From: an uncultured Bacilli bacterium
GTDB lineage: Bacteria > Bacillota_I > Bacilli_A > RF39 > UBA660
DNA length: 64,000 nucleotides
Direction: 5' to 3'
Assembly (NCBI GenBank): GCA_910576925.1
Contig: CAJTKB010000001.1
Coordinates: 41,803-105,802 of the forward strand
Both the position numbers and the translations under genes were made by a program. Of this stretch, positions 1 to 11,500 are shown piece by piece (position 1 is the stretch's first letter; each line of letters opens with the position of its first letter). The notes beneath the pieces were generated by a model. That model made no database searches. It was not told the origin of the DNA and was given only the letters and a program-made list of their open reading frames with translations.

Positions 1-1269
1 TCCTATTAAGACAGTTAGTACTTCATCTTTTAATCTAGCTCCATTACAAGTTTCGCAAACGTGTTCTACCATATAGTTTTCTAGCCAATCTCTTATCCAA
101 CTACTACTTGTTTCCATATAACGTCTTTCTAAATTATTGATTATTCCTTCATAATAGTCACTACTATTATAGTTATTACCACTTTTTGATTTGTATTTGA
201 ATGATATTATTTCGTCACTTCCATATAATATATAGTTTTGCTGCTGTTTTGTAAGTTTATTGAAAGATTTATTCATATTTATTTTATAGTGTTTACACAT
301 ACATTCTAATTTTTTATAATCAATGCTATTTTGGTCATCAGTTAGAGTTTTAATACAACCTTCATTTATACTTAGGCTTTTATCTGGAATTACTAAATCT
401 ACATCTATTTGAAGTTTTAAACCTAATCCCTTACAATCTGGACATGCACCATATGGAGCATTAAAACTGAATGTTCTTGGCTCTAGTTCTGCTAGAGAAA
501 ATTCACAATATGGACAAGCGAAAGATTCTGAGAATACTAATTCTTTATGATTTTCTCCAAGTAGCTCTATTATAACTTTTCCTTTTGATAGTTTAGTGGC
601 ATTTTCTATTGCTTCTGTAAGTCTTGGATAACTTTCTTCTTTTAAAACAATACGATCTATTATAACTTCTATTTTATCTTTTTTATTTTTTTCTAAGTTT
701 ATCTCTTCTGATAAATCGTAGTTTTCTCCATTAATTCTTACTCTTATATAACCTTCTTTTCTAAGTTCGTCTAATAAATCCTTATGTGTTCCTTTTTCTC
801 CGTCAACTACTGGAGACATTATAATCATTTTAGTTCCCTCATCATATTCTTTTAATTTATTAACCATTTCTTCAACACTTTGTCTTGATATTGGTATATG
901 ATGGTTTGGACAGTATGATGTACCTACTCTTGCATATAAAAGTCTTAAGTAATCATAAATTTCTGTTACTGTTCCTACAGTCGATCTTGGATTTTTACTT
1001 GTTGTTTTCTGGTCTATACTAATTGCTGGACTTAACCCTTCAATTGAATCCACATCTGGTTTTTCACTGTTTCCTAAAAACTGTCTAGCATAAGCTGAAA
1101 GACTTTCCATATATCTTCTTTCTCCTTCAGCATAAATAGTATCAAAAGCTAGACTACTTTTTCCACTTCCTGATACTCCAGTCATTACTATTAATTTATT
1201 TTTAGGTAGCTCTAGTGAGATATTTTTTAAATTATTTTCACGAGCTCCTTTAATTATTATTTTATCCAT
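1..1269 (-). CDS. uvrA: Excinuclease ABC subunit A, N-terminal part (continues beyond window start)
   Basis: Minus-strand translation from the ATG at 1269 (RBS GGTGATG) gives MDKIIIKGARENNLKNISLELPKNKLIVMTGVSGSGKSSLAFDTIYAEGERRYMESLSAYARQF. This is the UvrA Walker A and signature N-terminus. The frame stays open to position 1. Confidence 0.85.
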   Translation of the reverse strand, partial: MDKIIIKGARENNLKNISLELPKNKLIVMTGVSGSGKSSLAFDTIYAEGERRYMESLSAYARQFLGNSEKPDVDSIEGLSPAISIDQKTTSKNPRSTVGTVTEIYDYLRLLYARVGTSYCPNHHIPISRQSVEEMVNKLKEYDEGTKMIIMSPVVDGEKGTHKDLLDELRKEGYIRVRINGENYDLSEEINLEKNKKDKIEVIIDRIVLKEESYPRLTEAIENATKLSKGKVIIELLGENHKELVFSESFACPYCEFSLAELEPRTFSFNAPYGACPDCKGLGLKLQIDVDLVIPDKSLSINEGCIKTLTDDQNSIDYKKLECMCKHYKINMNKSFNKLTKQQQNYILYGSDEIISFKYKSKSGNNYNSSDYYEGIINNLERRYMETSSSWIRDWLENYMVEHVCETCNGARLKDEVLTVLIG

Positions 1270-1407
1270 ACTACATCACCTGTCCCATATTATAGCATAG
1301 ATTTTTTTATTTTTTGATAGTATTTTGTGGTAATTGTTATTTTTTGTATTTTTTGTTACTTATAGGTTTTATTTACTTAATAATTTATATACAAAAGTAT
1401 ATTATTA

Positions 1408-1416
1408 TGATATAAT
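1408..1416 (+). promoter_or_regulatory. Extended -10 (TGaTATAAT) upstream of the tandem-GNAT gene
   Basis: TGATATAAT lies about 25 nt upstream of the GAGGGG RBS and the ATG at 1441. Confidence 0.3.
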
Positions 1417-1440
1417 ATGCTCCATTGAGGGGATGATGGC

Positions 1441-2928
1441 ATGTGTTTTATACCAAAATTTAAAACTAATAAGTTTTTTATAGGTAGTTTTGATACTTAT
1501 TACAATTTAACATTAAAACTTATAAAATCGAATTCTAAGATTTCAACAAAAAAAGCGGAAAATGTTATAAATAGTTTAAATGAGGAGTATAGGGCAGCGA
1601 TTACTGATTGTAATAAAAATTATATAGGATTTATAGGTTTGTATAATATTGATGAACAAGAGCATATGGCATCAATTAGATTAGAAATAAATTATCCACT
1701 TATGAGCGAAGATGATAAAAATGAAATTCTTAGCGAATATAGAAGTTGGTTGTGGGATTCTTTAAGATTTACAGTAGAAGAAGAAATCATTTTTAAAGAT
1801 CCAAGTTATTCTGAAATAAAGAAAAATAATCATACATCTTATGGAAAACAAACAAGATCCAATAGTTTATTGGTTCCTGGTATATCGCAAAAAGTGTTAG
1901 ATAAATTTTCTGAGTATTATTCTATCCCTAATATGAATTTTTCTTTTTCGATAAGATATAGAGATAGAATAATTGGTATTATAGGGTTAAGTAATATTAT
2001 ATGGTCTAATGAACGAGCTAACTTAAATTTATTTTTTGATAAAGATTTAGGAGATGATATTATTGAATTTTTTTCTAGTTCTGTAATTGATGATTATCTT
2101 GATTATGTTCATAGTCTTAATATCTATAATGTGAGTTTTAATGTTTCTGGAAGTGATTATAATACACTTGATATAATAGAGCAGTCTAATCTGAACTTTT
2201 ATGGACAAATACCTTTTGCTTCCATAAATGGAAATAATATAGAAGCAAAATTTATGTTTCAACATATCCCTAAAATGAAAATAAGCGAAAAACCTATTAT
2301 TCCAGAAAATATTTCTTATGACCAATCCATTTTTAATACAGATAAAAAAGAATTTGATGATGTTATACAATTAAAAAATGGTTATAGGTTAATACAACCT
2401 AAAAGACTTCAAGAAAATGGAATAGATAGTGAAAATGTATTTTTAGGACATATGATTGCAATGCAAGATAGGGATAAGTTCACAATTCCTTTAGGAGAAG
2501 ATAAGTATATGTTGCAAAAAATTGATGGGGCTAGTTGTTTATTAAATAAGTTTATGAACTATAGTTATATACTTATTGATAGTTGTGATGATTATTCTGG
2601 TTTTATAAATATATCGAGAAACAATGCTAATAATAAAAATGCTGAAATAGAAATAGGAATTGATCCTTCGTTACAGAGAAGAGGTCTTGGTTCTATAGTT
2701 CTCAATAAATTTTACGATGAACTTTTTTCTATAGGATATGCAAGTGTTACTAGTGCTATTTTTGCATTTAATGAACCATCACTTAATTTGCACAAAGAAA
2801 ATTGTGAATTTAATGGTACTAGATTAAGCTCCTATTATATAAATGGTAGACTTTGGGATATGTGTTATTATACTAAAATAAATGATTTAGTTTTAGACGA
2901 AAATAAATGCTTAAAAAAGTTTAAATAA
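1441..2928 (+). CDS. Tandem GNAT-fold acetyltransferase-like protein (three GNAT-like repeats; only the C-terminal one keeps an acetyl-CoA motif)
   Basis: 495-aa ORF with GAGGGG RBS. Three repeats carry GNAT beta4-like strands (YIGFIGLYNIDEQEHMASIRLEI; IIGIIGLSNIIWSNERANLNLFF; AEIEIGIDPSLQRRGLGSIVL). Only the last has the Q/R-x-x-G-x-G/A acetyl-CoA motif (LQRRGLGS). It lies antisense between uvrB and uvrA. Confidence 0.6.
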   Translation: MCFIPKFKTNKFFIGSFDTYYNLTLKLIKSNSKISTKKAENVINSLNEEYRAAITDCNKNYIGFIGLYNIDEQEHMASIRLEINYPLMSEDDKNEILSEYRSWLWDSLRFTVEEEIIFKDPSYSEIKKNNHTSYGKQTRSNSLLVPGISQKVLDKFSEYYSIPNMNFSFSIRYRDRIIGIIGLSNIIWSNERANLNLFFDKDLGDDIIEFFSSSVIDDYLDYVHSLNIYNVSFNVSGSDYNTLDIIEQSNLNFYGQIPFASINGNNIEAKFMFQHIPKMKISEKPIIPENISYDQSIFNTDKKEFDDVIQLKNGYRLIQPKRLQENGIDSENVFLGHMIAMQDRDKFTIPLGEDKYMLQKIDGASCLLNKFMNYSYILIDSCDDYSGFINISRNNANNKNAEIEIGIDPSLQRRGLGSIVLNKFYDELFSIGYASVTSAIFAFNEPSLNLHKENCEFNGTRLSSYYINGRLWDMCYYTKINDLVLDENKCLKKFK

Positions 2929-2959
2929 TTAATTTAATATTTAAACTTTTTATTTTTTT
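2919..2959 (+). terminator. Rho-independent terminator (AT-rich stem plus T-run)
   Basis: GTTTAAATA / TATTTAAAC perfect 9-bp stem, followed by TTTTTATTTTTTT. Confidence 0.4.
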
Positions 2960-3032
2960 AATGTTTTAATTTTGATGTACAAGAACTATGTTTCTAGTTT
3001 ATACAAGGAACGTAGTTCTTATCGACACTTAT

Positions 3033-4979
3033 TTATTTTGTTTTTAATTCAAATAAAATATCGCGTAATTCCATTGCTCTTTCAAAATCTAAGTTTTTAG
3101 CAGCTTCTTTCATCTCTTGTTCTAAATTATCGATATGAAGTTGTTTTTCTTTTTTGGACATTTTTACTTTTTTGTCTTTAGAAGTATCAATATTTGATAT
3201 TACTTCTCTTATTTCTTTCTTGATTGTAGTTGGTGTAATATTGTGATTCTTATTATATTCTTCCTGTATTGCACGACGACGTGCTGTTTCTGTCATAGCT
3301 TTATTCATACTATCAGTTATTTTATCAGCATACATTATAACGTGTCCGTTTGCATTTCTAGCACATCTACCTATCGTTTGAATTAGACTTCTTTCACTTC
3401 TCAGGAAGCCTTCTTTATCAGCATCAAGTATTGCTATTAGTGATACTTCTGGTATATCTATTCCTTCACGAAGAAGATTTATTCCTACTACGCATTCATA
3501 TTTACCAGTTCTTAAATCATGTATTATTTGCAAGCGTTCTAAAGTTTTTACTTCAGCGTGAAGATAAGCTACTTTTATGTCTGTCTCTTTTAAATAATTA
3601 GTTAATTCTTCTGCCATACGAATAGTTAGAGTTGTTATTAAAGTTCTTTCATTTTTCTCAATCCTATCTTTTATTTCGCTAATTAAGTCATCTATTTGAC
3701 CTTCTGTTTGTCTAATTTCTATTGTAGGATCAAGTAATCCTGTAGGTCTTATTATCTGTTCAACATATTCGTTATTAGTGTGTTCAAGTTCGTAATCTCC
3801 TGGTGTTGCTGATACATATATTGCTTGTTTTATTTTACTTTCAAATTCGTCAAATTTTAATGGCCTATTATCAAGGGCACTAGGCAATCGAAAACCAAAG
3901 TCAACTAAATTCATTTTACGAGCTCTATCTCCATTATACATTCCTCTGACTTGTGGAAGTGTTACATGTGACTCATCAACTATCAACAAAAAGTCGTCTC
4001 CTAAAAAGTCTATCAAAGTAGTTGGTGTTTCTCCTTCTTCTCTTCCAGACATTGGACGTGAATAGTTTTCAATACCTGTACAAAAGCCTGTTTCTTCTAG
4101 CATTTCCATATCATAGTTTGTTCTTTGTTCTATTCTTTCAGCTTCTAATGGCTTATTATTTTCTTTAAAGTATTTTATACGACTTTTTAGTTCTTCTTTT
4201 ATTCTTTTAATAGCTTCATGAAGCTTTTCATCGCTTACAACAAAGTGACTGGCTGGAAATATGCTTATACTTTTTTTGTTAGTAATTATATTTCCTGTTA
4301 GGCTATCAATTTCACTTATCCTATCTATCTCATCGCCAAAAAATTCTATTCTATATCCAGTAGTATTTTGGTTTGTAGGAATAATTTCTAGAACATCCCC
4401 TCTAACTCTAAAAGTTCCTCTTTTAAAGTCTAAGTCGTTTCTTTCATAAAGCATTTCTACAAGTTTTGCTAATACTTTGTCGCGTTTTACATCTTCACCT
4501 ACTGAAAGAGTTAACATTTTATTCTTATATTCTTCAACTTCACCTATACCATAAATGCAGGAAACGCTTGCAACTACTATAACGTCATCACGAGAAAGAA
4601 GGTTACTTGTAGCATAATGTCTAAGTTCGTCTATTTCATCATTTATAGATGAGTCCTTTTCTATATATGTGTCTGTTGATGGTACATATGCTTCTGGTTG
4701 GTAGTAATCATAATATGATACGAAATAACATACTGCATTATTTGGAAATAATTCTTTCATTTCACTATATAGTTGACCTGCTAAGGTTTTGTTATGAGCA
4801 AGAATTAATGTTTTTTTACCAGTTTCTTGAATGACATTAGCCATCGTAAAAGTTTTTCCTGTTCCTGTAGCTCCTAGTAAAACTTGCTCTTTCTTGCCGT
4901 TTTGTACTCCTTCAACTAACCTTTTTATCGCATCTGGTTGGTCACCACTTGGCTTAAATTTTGATACTAAATTGAACAT
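3033..4979 (-). CDS. uvrB: Excinuclease ABC subunit B
   Basis: 648 aa. [24 protein letters not shown]...GATGTGKTF Walker A, helicase motifs, C-terminal UvrB/UvrC interaction motif [23 protein letters not shown]. Confidence 0.95.
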   Translation of the reverse strand: MFNLVSKFKPSGDQPDAIKRLVEGVQNGKKEQVLLGATGTGKTFTMANVIQETGKKTLILAHNKTLAGQLYSEMKELFPNNAVCYFVSYYDYYQPEAYVPSTDTYIEKDSSINDEIDELRHYATSNLLSRDDVIVVASVSCIYGIGEVEEYKNKMLTLSVGEDVKRDKVLAKLVEMLYERNDLDFKRGTFRVRGDVLEIIPTNQNTTGYRIEFFGDEIDRISEIDSLTGNIITNKKSISIFPASHFVVSDEKLHEAIKRIKEELKSRIKYFKENNKPLEAERIEQRTNYDMEMLEETGFCTGIENYSRPMSGREEGETPTTLIDFLGDDFLLIVDESHVTLPQVRGMYNGDRARKMNLVDFGFRLPSALDNRPLKFDEFESKIKQAIYVSATPGDYELEHTNNEYVEQIIRPTGLLDPTIEIRQTEGQIDDLISEIKDRIEKNERTLITTLTIRMAEELTNYLKETDIKVAYLHAEVKTLERLQIIHDLRTGKYECVVGINLLREGIDIPEVSLIAILDADKEGFLRSERSLIQTIGRCARNANGHVIMYADKITDSMNKAMTETARRRAIQEEYNKNHNITPTTIKKEIREVISNIDTSKDKKVKMSKKEKQLHIDNLEQEMKEAAKNLDFERAMELRDILFELKTK

Positions 4980-5210
4980 TTTGTCACTCCTTAATCTTAC
5001 TATGGTTATTAATAAACTAAATTATTCGCCATCTTTAAAAGAAATGTATCTACTTTATATGAACTATTTTATTTGAAGAGAGAGGCAAATAGAAAGTACA
5101 GAGTTTATTTGCTGTACTTTATAACAATAATTAATATTATTTAATTTTTTCTGATAACCATTAGATAATCATTAATGAAATACTTTTTCTTATTAGTTAA
5201 ACTTAATTTT

Positions 5211-5714
5211 TTATTTTATTAATACTTTTTGTTTAAATTTCTTTAATGCCTCTTCTGTTTCACTGTAATGTTTTTTCTTACTATATTTATATATAGATAA
5301 TATTTCATCTATATTCATTACTTTAGGTTCCCATAATTCTTCTAGCCTATTAATTGGTTCAATTTTATTTTCTAATCCTTTTTCCATATCAATCATACAA
5401 TGATAATAATCTTTTATTGTCTTTATGTATACTTCGTTAAGCTTATTATTTACACGTTCAAGAAGCTTAACATATTTCAAAAACTGTAAAAAGCAATTCA
5501 TTTTGTCACTTTCAAATGAAATATTTGTTAACTCTTGTATTTGTGAAATAAAATCATTTTCTGAGCTTGTCATAACTGTTGGTAATGAGAAACTTAGATT
5601 ATTTTCATATACTAGTATCTCGTTATTTTCATTATGAAAAATCATTTTCTTTGAATTTTTAGATACTCGTGCTAACTTTTTATATTCCTTTCCATCTAAT
5701 ATTATTGTTTCCAT
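5211..5714 (-). CDS. Hypothetical protein
   Basis: 167-aa ORF with no recognisable motif. Confidence 0.45.
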   Translation of the reverse strand: METIILDGKEYKKLARVSKNSKKMIFHNENNEILVYENNLSFSLPTVMTSSENDFISQIQELTNISFESDKMNCFLQFLKYVKLLERVNNKLNEVYIKTIKDYYHCMIDMEKGLENKIEPINRLEELWEPKVMNIDEILSIYKYSKKKHYSETEEALKKFKQKVLIK

Positions 5715-5946
5715 TAAATATCATTCCTTTCTCTTCGTAATTATATATTTTATCATTCTTATTATAAAATAATATTTTAATATTCTTTAATTATCGTATC
5801 TTATATTTTCATATAGTTTGTAACTTTACAATTGATGTGACACCATTAATATAGAAAAAAGCAATAAATCCGATAAAGTATTAATTGAAATGAAAAATAT
5901 ATAAAGCACTTATTGCTTATGACAATTATATCACAAACTCAATGTT

Positions 5947-6192
5947 ATATTCCACATGATTTAAATACAAAATTTGGAGAAACTAAACGATCTACAATTG
6001 ATAAGTCCCATAATCATTAATTCCTTATCCTAATGCTCACAGTGAATAGAAATTAAAATAGATTAAAGATTTAATAAGAAGAAATCATCATATTTCTATG
6101 TATGAACTTTATGGTAATTCAAAAACTGAAAAAAGTTTTTCTAAAACAACTTCTGCCTTATTTAGAGTACTAAGAAAGCTTAACTTCTATGT
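5947..6192 (+). repeat. Perfect direct repeat, copy 1 (about 246 bp)
   Basis: Identical to 8028..8272 by eye. Flanks outside the core are diverged but homologous. Confidence 0.7.
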
Positions 6193-6685
6193 AGATAAAG
6201 AATGCTATACTGATAATACTCCTGATAAATTTTATCAATACACTATCATTGATGAAGCATCTCGAGAGAGATTTATCTATCCTTATAAAGAACAATCCTC
6301 TTATTCTACTGTTGATTTTGTTAAAAGAGCCATTGTTTACTTCGAATATCAACCTGAAATTATTCAAACAGATAATGGACAAGAATTTACATATACAATG
6401 AAAACAGATAAAATTCATCCTCTAGATGTACTACTAAATAGTTTAAATATTAACCATCAATTGATTAGATCTAGAACTCCAAGACACAATGGTAAAGTTA
6501 AAAGAAGTCATAGAAATGATCAAAATAGATTTTATAATTATCTAAGATTTTACTCTTATGATGATCTAAAGTATCAAATGAAATCTTACTTAAAACGTTC
6601 TAATAATATTCCTATGCAAGTACCTAATTGGTTAACACCTATTGAAAAAAGAAACAAAATAAATGAAACTAAAACTATCGTTTAG
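6098..6685 (+). CDS. Truncated DDE-type transposase/integrase core (rve domain; N-terminal HTH missing)
   Basis: D...D...E pattern: YTIIDEASRERF, IQTDNGQEF, TPRHNGKVKRSHRNDQNRFY (IS3/IS481-like NGKVER motif). 195 aa is too short for a full transposase. Confidence 0.55.
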   Translation: MYELYGNSKTEKSFSKTTSALFRVLRKLNFYVDKECYTDNTPDKFYQYTIIDEASRERFIYPYKEQSSYSTVDFVKRAIVYFEYQPEIIQTDNGQEFTYTMKTDKIHPLDVLLNSLNINHQLIRSRTPRHNGKVKRSHRNDQNRFYNYLRFYSYDDLKYQMKSYLKRSNNIPMQVPNWLTPIEKRNKINETKTIV

Positions 6686-7032
6686 CTTCACGAATTAACA
6701 TTTTATCTGTTTATTGCTTTTTGGTCTCACATCATTGACAACTACACAGCTATTATCACAAACTAAAACTCAAGTAATAAACTTGAGCAAATTATATTTC
6801 TTCAATAAAACTAACTACTTAAAAATCTATTTAGGTTATTAAAAAGATGCTTTTTGTATCTTATGTCTTTTAATAATGATTCTTTTTCTTTATAACATAA
6901 AAATCATCACTTATACTATTCTCAAATACCTTTTGGTATTTCAAAATCATTTAACTAAAACTAAGTTTAGATCATCTTGTTGAGCCTATCTAATCAAATT
7001 AATATATTGTTTATAAAATGTATCTCTTTTGT

Positions 7033-7797
7033 TTATTTTATATAAATTTTCTCTTTTGGTTTTTCATAAACAAAATTTTTATCATATTGTCCGTTTTTTA
7101 TTCTTTCAATTATATCAAATATATTTTTATATAATTCATCTATATTAATACCTTTATAACTTTCATTATATCTTGTTTTAAGTCTATCATATCCTCTCTT
7201 TAAAAGTTCTAAATATTGATCACTCATTAAAGACTGCTGATATTTTTTAGATATATCTTCTAAATAAGATTTTTTATAATTCATATCATACAAATAAATT
7301 TGTGAAATGAGTAAAATAGAATCTCTGAAAGATAAATTCTCATATTTTTGTAAATATTTTATATTATTTAAATGAATTCCACATCCATAACAGTTTAATC
7401 TGTTTTTAATATCATTTACTTGCATAGAAGGATTAATTTCATTATGAAATTGACATTTAAAGAGATACCCATTATCTCCAGTTATTTTTACTCTCTCTCC
7501 TTCAGAATTAGCAAGTACTAATGGTAAAAGCATTGCCTGATTTTGTATATATTGAATATTATTAGTAGAAAATTTATTAAAAAGGCCCTCACTATAAATA
7601 GCTATTTTTAAACCTTCTAACTCATAATAAAAACTACTCCACTCTTCATCCTCTGCCACTAAAATGGGATCAATCGCTTCCTGTAATTCTTTAATTTCAA
7701 CATAATCCTTGATAGTTAGTCCTTCATTTTGTCCTTTGCTAATTTTATCACTAAGAAATTTATAATTTTCTTTAAATTCTCTTTTTTCCATAACCAA
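7033..7797 (-). CDS. Stand-alone CHC2 (DnaG-type) zinc-finger protein
   Basis: FKCQFHNEINPSMQVNDIKNRLNCYGCGIHLNNIKYL matches the zf-CHC2 consensus (C-x2-H-x17-C-x2-C). No TOPRIM/primase domain. The gene sits between IS-remnant direct repeats. Confidence 0.6.
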   Translation of the reverse strand: MVMEKREFKENYKFLSDKISKGQNEGLTIKDYVEIKELQEAIDPILVAEDEEWSSFYYELEGLKIAIYSEGLFNKFSTNNIQYIQNQAMLLPLVLANSEGERVKITGDNGYLFKCQFHNEINPSMQVNDIKNRLNCYGCGIHLNNIKYLQKYENLSFRDSILLISQIYLYDMNYKKSYLEDISKKYQQSLMSDQYLELLKRGYDRLKTRYNESYKGINIDELYKNIFDIIERIKNGQYDKNFVYEKPKEKIYIK

Positions 7798-8027
7798 ACC
7801 TCCATATAAAAACAGTTATATAAATAACTGGATTTTATTTTATAAATTTTAAACCATTTTTAAGATATTGTCAAGCATAGCTGTTTTTCATCAACATGCT
7901 TCTGTAACATATAATTAATGTGCACCACTTATATAGAAAAAAGCTATAAATCAGATGAAATATTAATTGCGACAAAAATTATCGAAAGAGCTATCGATTA
8001 TGATATGTAATATTACAAACGAAATGC

Positions 8028-8272
8028 TATATTCCACATGATTTAAATACAAAATTTGGAGAAACTAAACGATCTACAATTGATAAGTCCCATAATCATT
8101 AATTCCTTATCCTAATGCTCACAGTGAATAGAAATTAAAATAGATTAAAGATTTAATAAGAAGAAATCATCATATTTCTATGTATGAACTTTATGGTAAT
8201 TCAAAAACTGAAAAAAGTTTTTCTAAAACAACTTCTGCCTTATTTAGAGTACTAAGAAAGCTTAACTTCTAT
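8028..8272 (+). repeat. Perfect direct repeat, copy 2
   Basis: Identical to 5947..6192. Confidence 0.7.
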
Positions 8273-8449
8273 ATGTATACAAAAAAATATATCACTAAGG
8301 AATACTATATTAGTAATACTCTTGATAAGTTTTATCTATATACTATTATTAATAAAGTAACACAAGAAAGTTCTATTTATCCTGATAAAGCCCCGTCTTA
8401 TTCTAATATTGATTTCCTTAAAAAGGATCTTGTCCATTGCAAGTTTTAA
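8180..8449 (+). pseudogene. Degenerate transposase fragment
   Basis: The first 31 aa are identical to ORF 6098..6685, followed by a diverged, truncated reading frame. Confidence 0.4.
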
Positions 8450-8560
8450 TTTGTATTTCATATATTCAAAACAAAATAAATGAAGCTAAATATATCATTT
8501 AGCTTCGCAAATTAATATTTTTTCTAATATATTGTGCTTTATATATCTAAATTTCTTTAT

Positions 8561-11500
8561 TTAATTTTCTTTTATACTTTTATAAAATATATAACTTACT
8601 CCAATTATTGTAATAAATAGAGGTATTCCAATAATGTACCAAAGTATACTATTATCACTTTTTATAATTTTTTGTGTTTCATTTTTATTATCATTAACAG
8701 TTTTCTTTATGTAATCATCATTTTCTTCTTCATATTCAATAATATACTTATCTAAATTATCTATGTCTAGTTCAATTTGATTATTGTTAATTCTTTTATA
8801 TATTAGCTTTTGTGTATTTCCATCATTATTAACTCTATATATTCCTAAAAATTTCTTTAAAGAGTCTATAGTTATTATCATTTTTATTTTTCCTTCGTTT
8901 AGTTTTACTCTTGTATTTTTAGTATCTAATAAATATAGTTCAAAGTACTCACTATTATTTCCATACTTTTCTATTAGATTTTGATTTAATCTTAACTCAT
9001 TTTTTATTAAAGAAAATTTTTCTGTTATATTGCTTTCTAGAATACTAATCTTAATATTTTTAGAATAGTATGTTTGTTTTACATCAACTTTATTAGGTTC
9101 ATTATCCTGCGATATAGTATTATTATTTCCCTTGTTTTGTTCAATTTGTGGTTTATTTGGTTTTTTATTATTGCTTTGATTATTATTAGTTGGTGGGTTA
9201 TTATTTGTTTCATTATTATCTGATGGTTGTTTTTTATTTATCCAATTAACCTTAGCTGTTGTTTGTCCTTTTATTCCATTTTCATCTTCAAATTCAAAGG
9301 TAAATTCTCCATTTTCAGTAAATATATATGTATCTTTTCCATCATTGTTAGTAATTGTTATTTTTCTATTTGCATTAATTAACTTTGCAATAACATTATT
9401 TTCAGTTGGGCTAATTGTGCTGTATTCAATATCTGCTGTTAGTTCTTCTACCTTGGTTGTATCTTCGAATATGTTAAACATTCTAGCTACCATCCAATTT
9501 CCATTAGAAGCTCTATCTGCTACTATTTTTATATAGTGTACTTTTTTTGATTCTTCTAATTCAAATGATTTAATATTTTCATTTGCTGCCCAGTTAGTTA
9601 CTTTATTTAGAAGAGTCCAATTTTCACCATCAACACTTCCATATAAAGTTCCATCTAAAATTTTGCCATTTCCTCCACCACCTGGTACATATTCAACGGC
9701 TGATAGATAAATTGGTTTATCTAATTTAATAGAAATATATCTTTCTGTATCTGTTCCATTCCAAGCTGAATGCCAGTTAGTATAATAGTTTCCATCTATA
9801 GCATTTTTGGCATATCGTCCTTGATTAGTTGCTTCAGTTGAGACACTATGTATTGATAAATGAGAAATAGGAACATATTTTCTTTTTTCATTTATATTAT
9901 CTTTACTAAATCTAAGAGTCTTCTCCTCACTTGCTAAAAATACTCCATGTTTTCCAGATCTTACATAAATAGTTTTATCACCAGTTAAATCTGGTTCTTT
10001 TTCATTAAAAGATGTCCACTCATCATTTTTTCCAATGCGCCATTCCATTGTATCATTTATACCTATTACTTTGTTTTCTAAATCATTATTATAGATATTT
10101 TCAGGAACATCTTGAGTTCTAATATCAATTACAAATATATCATCAGCTGCTGCTCCTACTAAATGAATAGCTATGTCATCAGATGCATTAATTTGGCTTA
10201 ATTCATCTGGTGTAAGTTTAACTTTATGGTCAAGTGTTTGTTTCCAAGTATGTTTTCCATCTAGACTATATTCGTAATGAACTTGTGTTCCTTCAAATTT
10301 GTCTGATAATACTATTTTACCTGCATCTTCACCATCAAAGGAAAAGGTAGCGATAGAATAGTCATTTTTTCCTAGTAAGAATTTTGCCATTGTTTTAGTA
10401 ACATTAGATAATCCTATTTGTCCTACTGAAGTATCTGTTGCTGTTGTTGCTTCTTCTAATATATTTTTTTCAAGTAATGTATACTTAACTTGATATTCTG
10501 GTTCAGTTATTTCTTGTTTAAATAAGTTTAATAAGTCCATCATAGGTAGTGGAAAGTTTTTCAAACTATTCATTAAGTCTTTTGCTAGATTATAATATTC
10601 TTTATCAGTTGTATTACCTTTATTTTTATATAATTGAATTAATCCATACCAAGCATCCATATTTATTTCTTCATATTCAAGTGCTTTACGATAAATTTCT
10701 TCTTGTTTAGTAGTATTGTTAGGATAAATATCAAGTAACAATAACATTTCTACTGCTTTATTATATTCTTCAACGTGATTTTGAGCATATTGTCCATAAG
10801 GTACATAACTAACTTGGTAATAACTATCCCATTTATAAGAACCCCAGGCATTTAATAAGCGTTCACCCTTTTCTGATTGGGTCCAACCGCTGATGTTATT
10901 TTGAATCCCCCAATAACCATCTCCATTAGCTGCTTGCCAATATTCTAGATAGGCAGCGTGTCCTGGTTGACCAATAACTGCTGTTGGATATCCAAATACA
11001 GCATTGAAGTTTGATCCTAATTTAGAAGTAGCTCCGCATACTCCGCCTTCTTCAAATACTATCCAAAGTTTTGGATGACCTTTTTGATATGTTAAGTTAT
11101 ATTTTTTTAAAAAGTATTTTTGATTCCATTTTTCGTAATTTTCTTCACTATAGTATTGTTCTCTACCGTAATTGTATCCATTAGTATAAGCTATATAACG
11201 GTATGGTTCTCTATTATAAGGTCCTTTTCTATTTCCACTTTCGACAGGAAATTGTCTAGCCCAGTCATTTAACCATTCAATTTCTTCATCTGCAATTTGA
11301 TTATTCATAACCCAACGCATTTCTTCAACAGTTAATGTTTCAAAGATTTTGTTTTCTAGTTTTTCTTCTTTTTGTAATTTTTTATATATTTCATAACGAG
11401 TGTTAGCATCTGAGCATTGTCCTCTATCATACCAAGCACAAACATTAGCTGAGTGTGTTAATGATAAAGTAATCATCATTCTTTTATATAAATCAGATAG

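Larger units (their letters stand above)
5841..6720 (+). mobile_element. IS remnant (left copy) carrying the 3' part of a DDE transposase gene
   Basis: Contains ORF 6098..6685 with the rve-type catalytic core. The region is homologous to 7921..8530. Confidence 0.5.
7921..8530 (+). mobile_element. IS remnant (right copy, internally deleted)
   Basis: Shares upstream region, ORF start and right-end sequence (TTTAGCTTCGCAAATTAATATTTT versus TTTAGCTTCACGAATTAACATTTT) with the left copy. Confidence 0.5.

Noticed and set aside
2047-2370. Numerous 60-140-aa ORFs antisense to or inside larger genes (e.g. 2047..2370, 4261..4449, 4649..5076, 8784..8984, 9345..9536, 13677..13934, 17244..17435, 18583..19117, 19090..19308, 21709..22010, 22683..23051, 34398..34652, 35968..36171, 36316..36519, 36861..37058, 43050..43472, 45559..46179, 51609..51848, 53315..53692 and others)
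   Set aside because: They are low-complexity, Leu/Ile/Phe-rich translations typical of AT-rich antisense frames. They lack RBSs and are fully embedded in better-supported genes.
4980-5210. LexA/Cheo SOS box (GAAC-N4-GTTC) upstream of uvrB
   Set aside because: Only a half-site (GAAC) was found, with no matching GTTC partner at the proper spacing. A hairpin at 5090-5118 is present but is not an SOS box.
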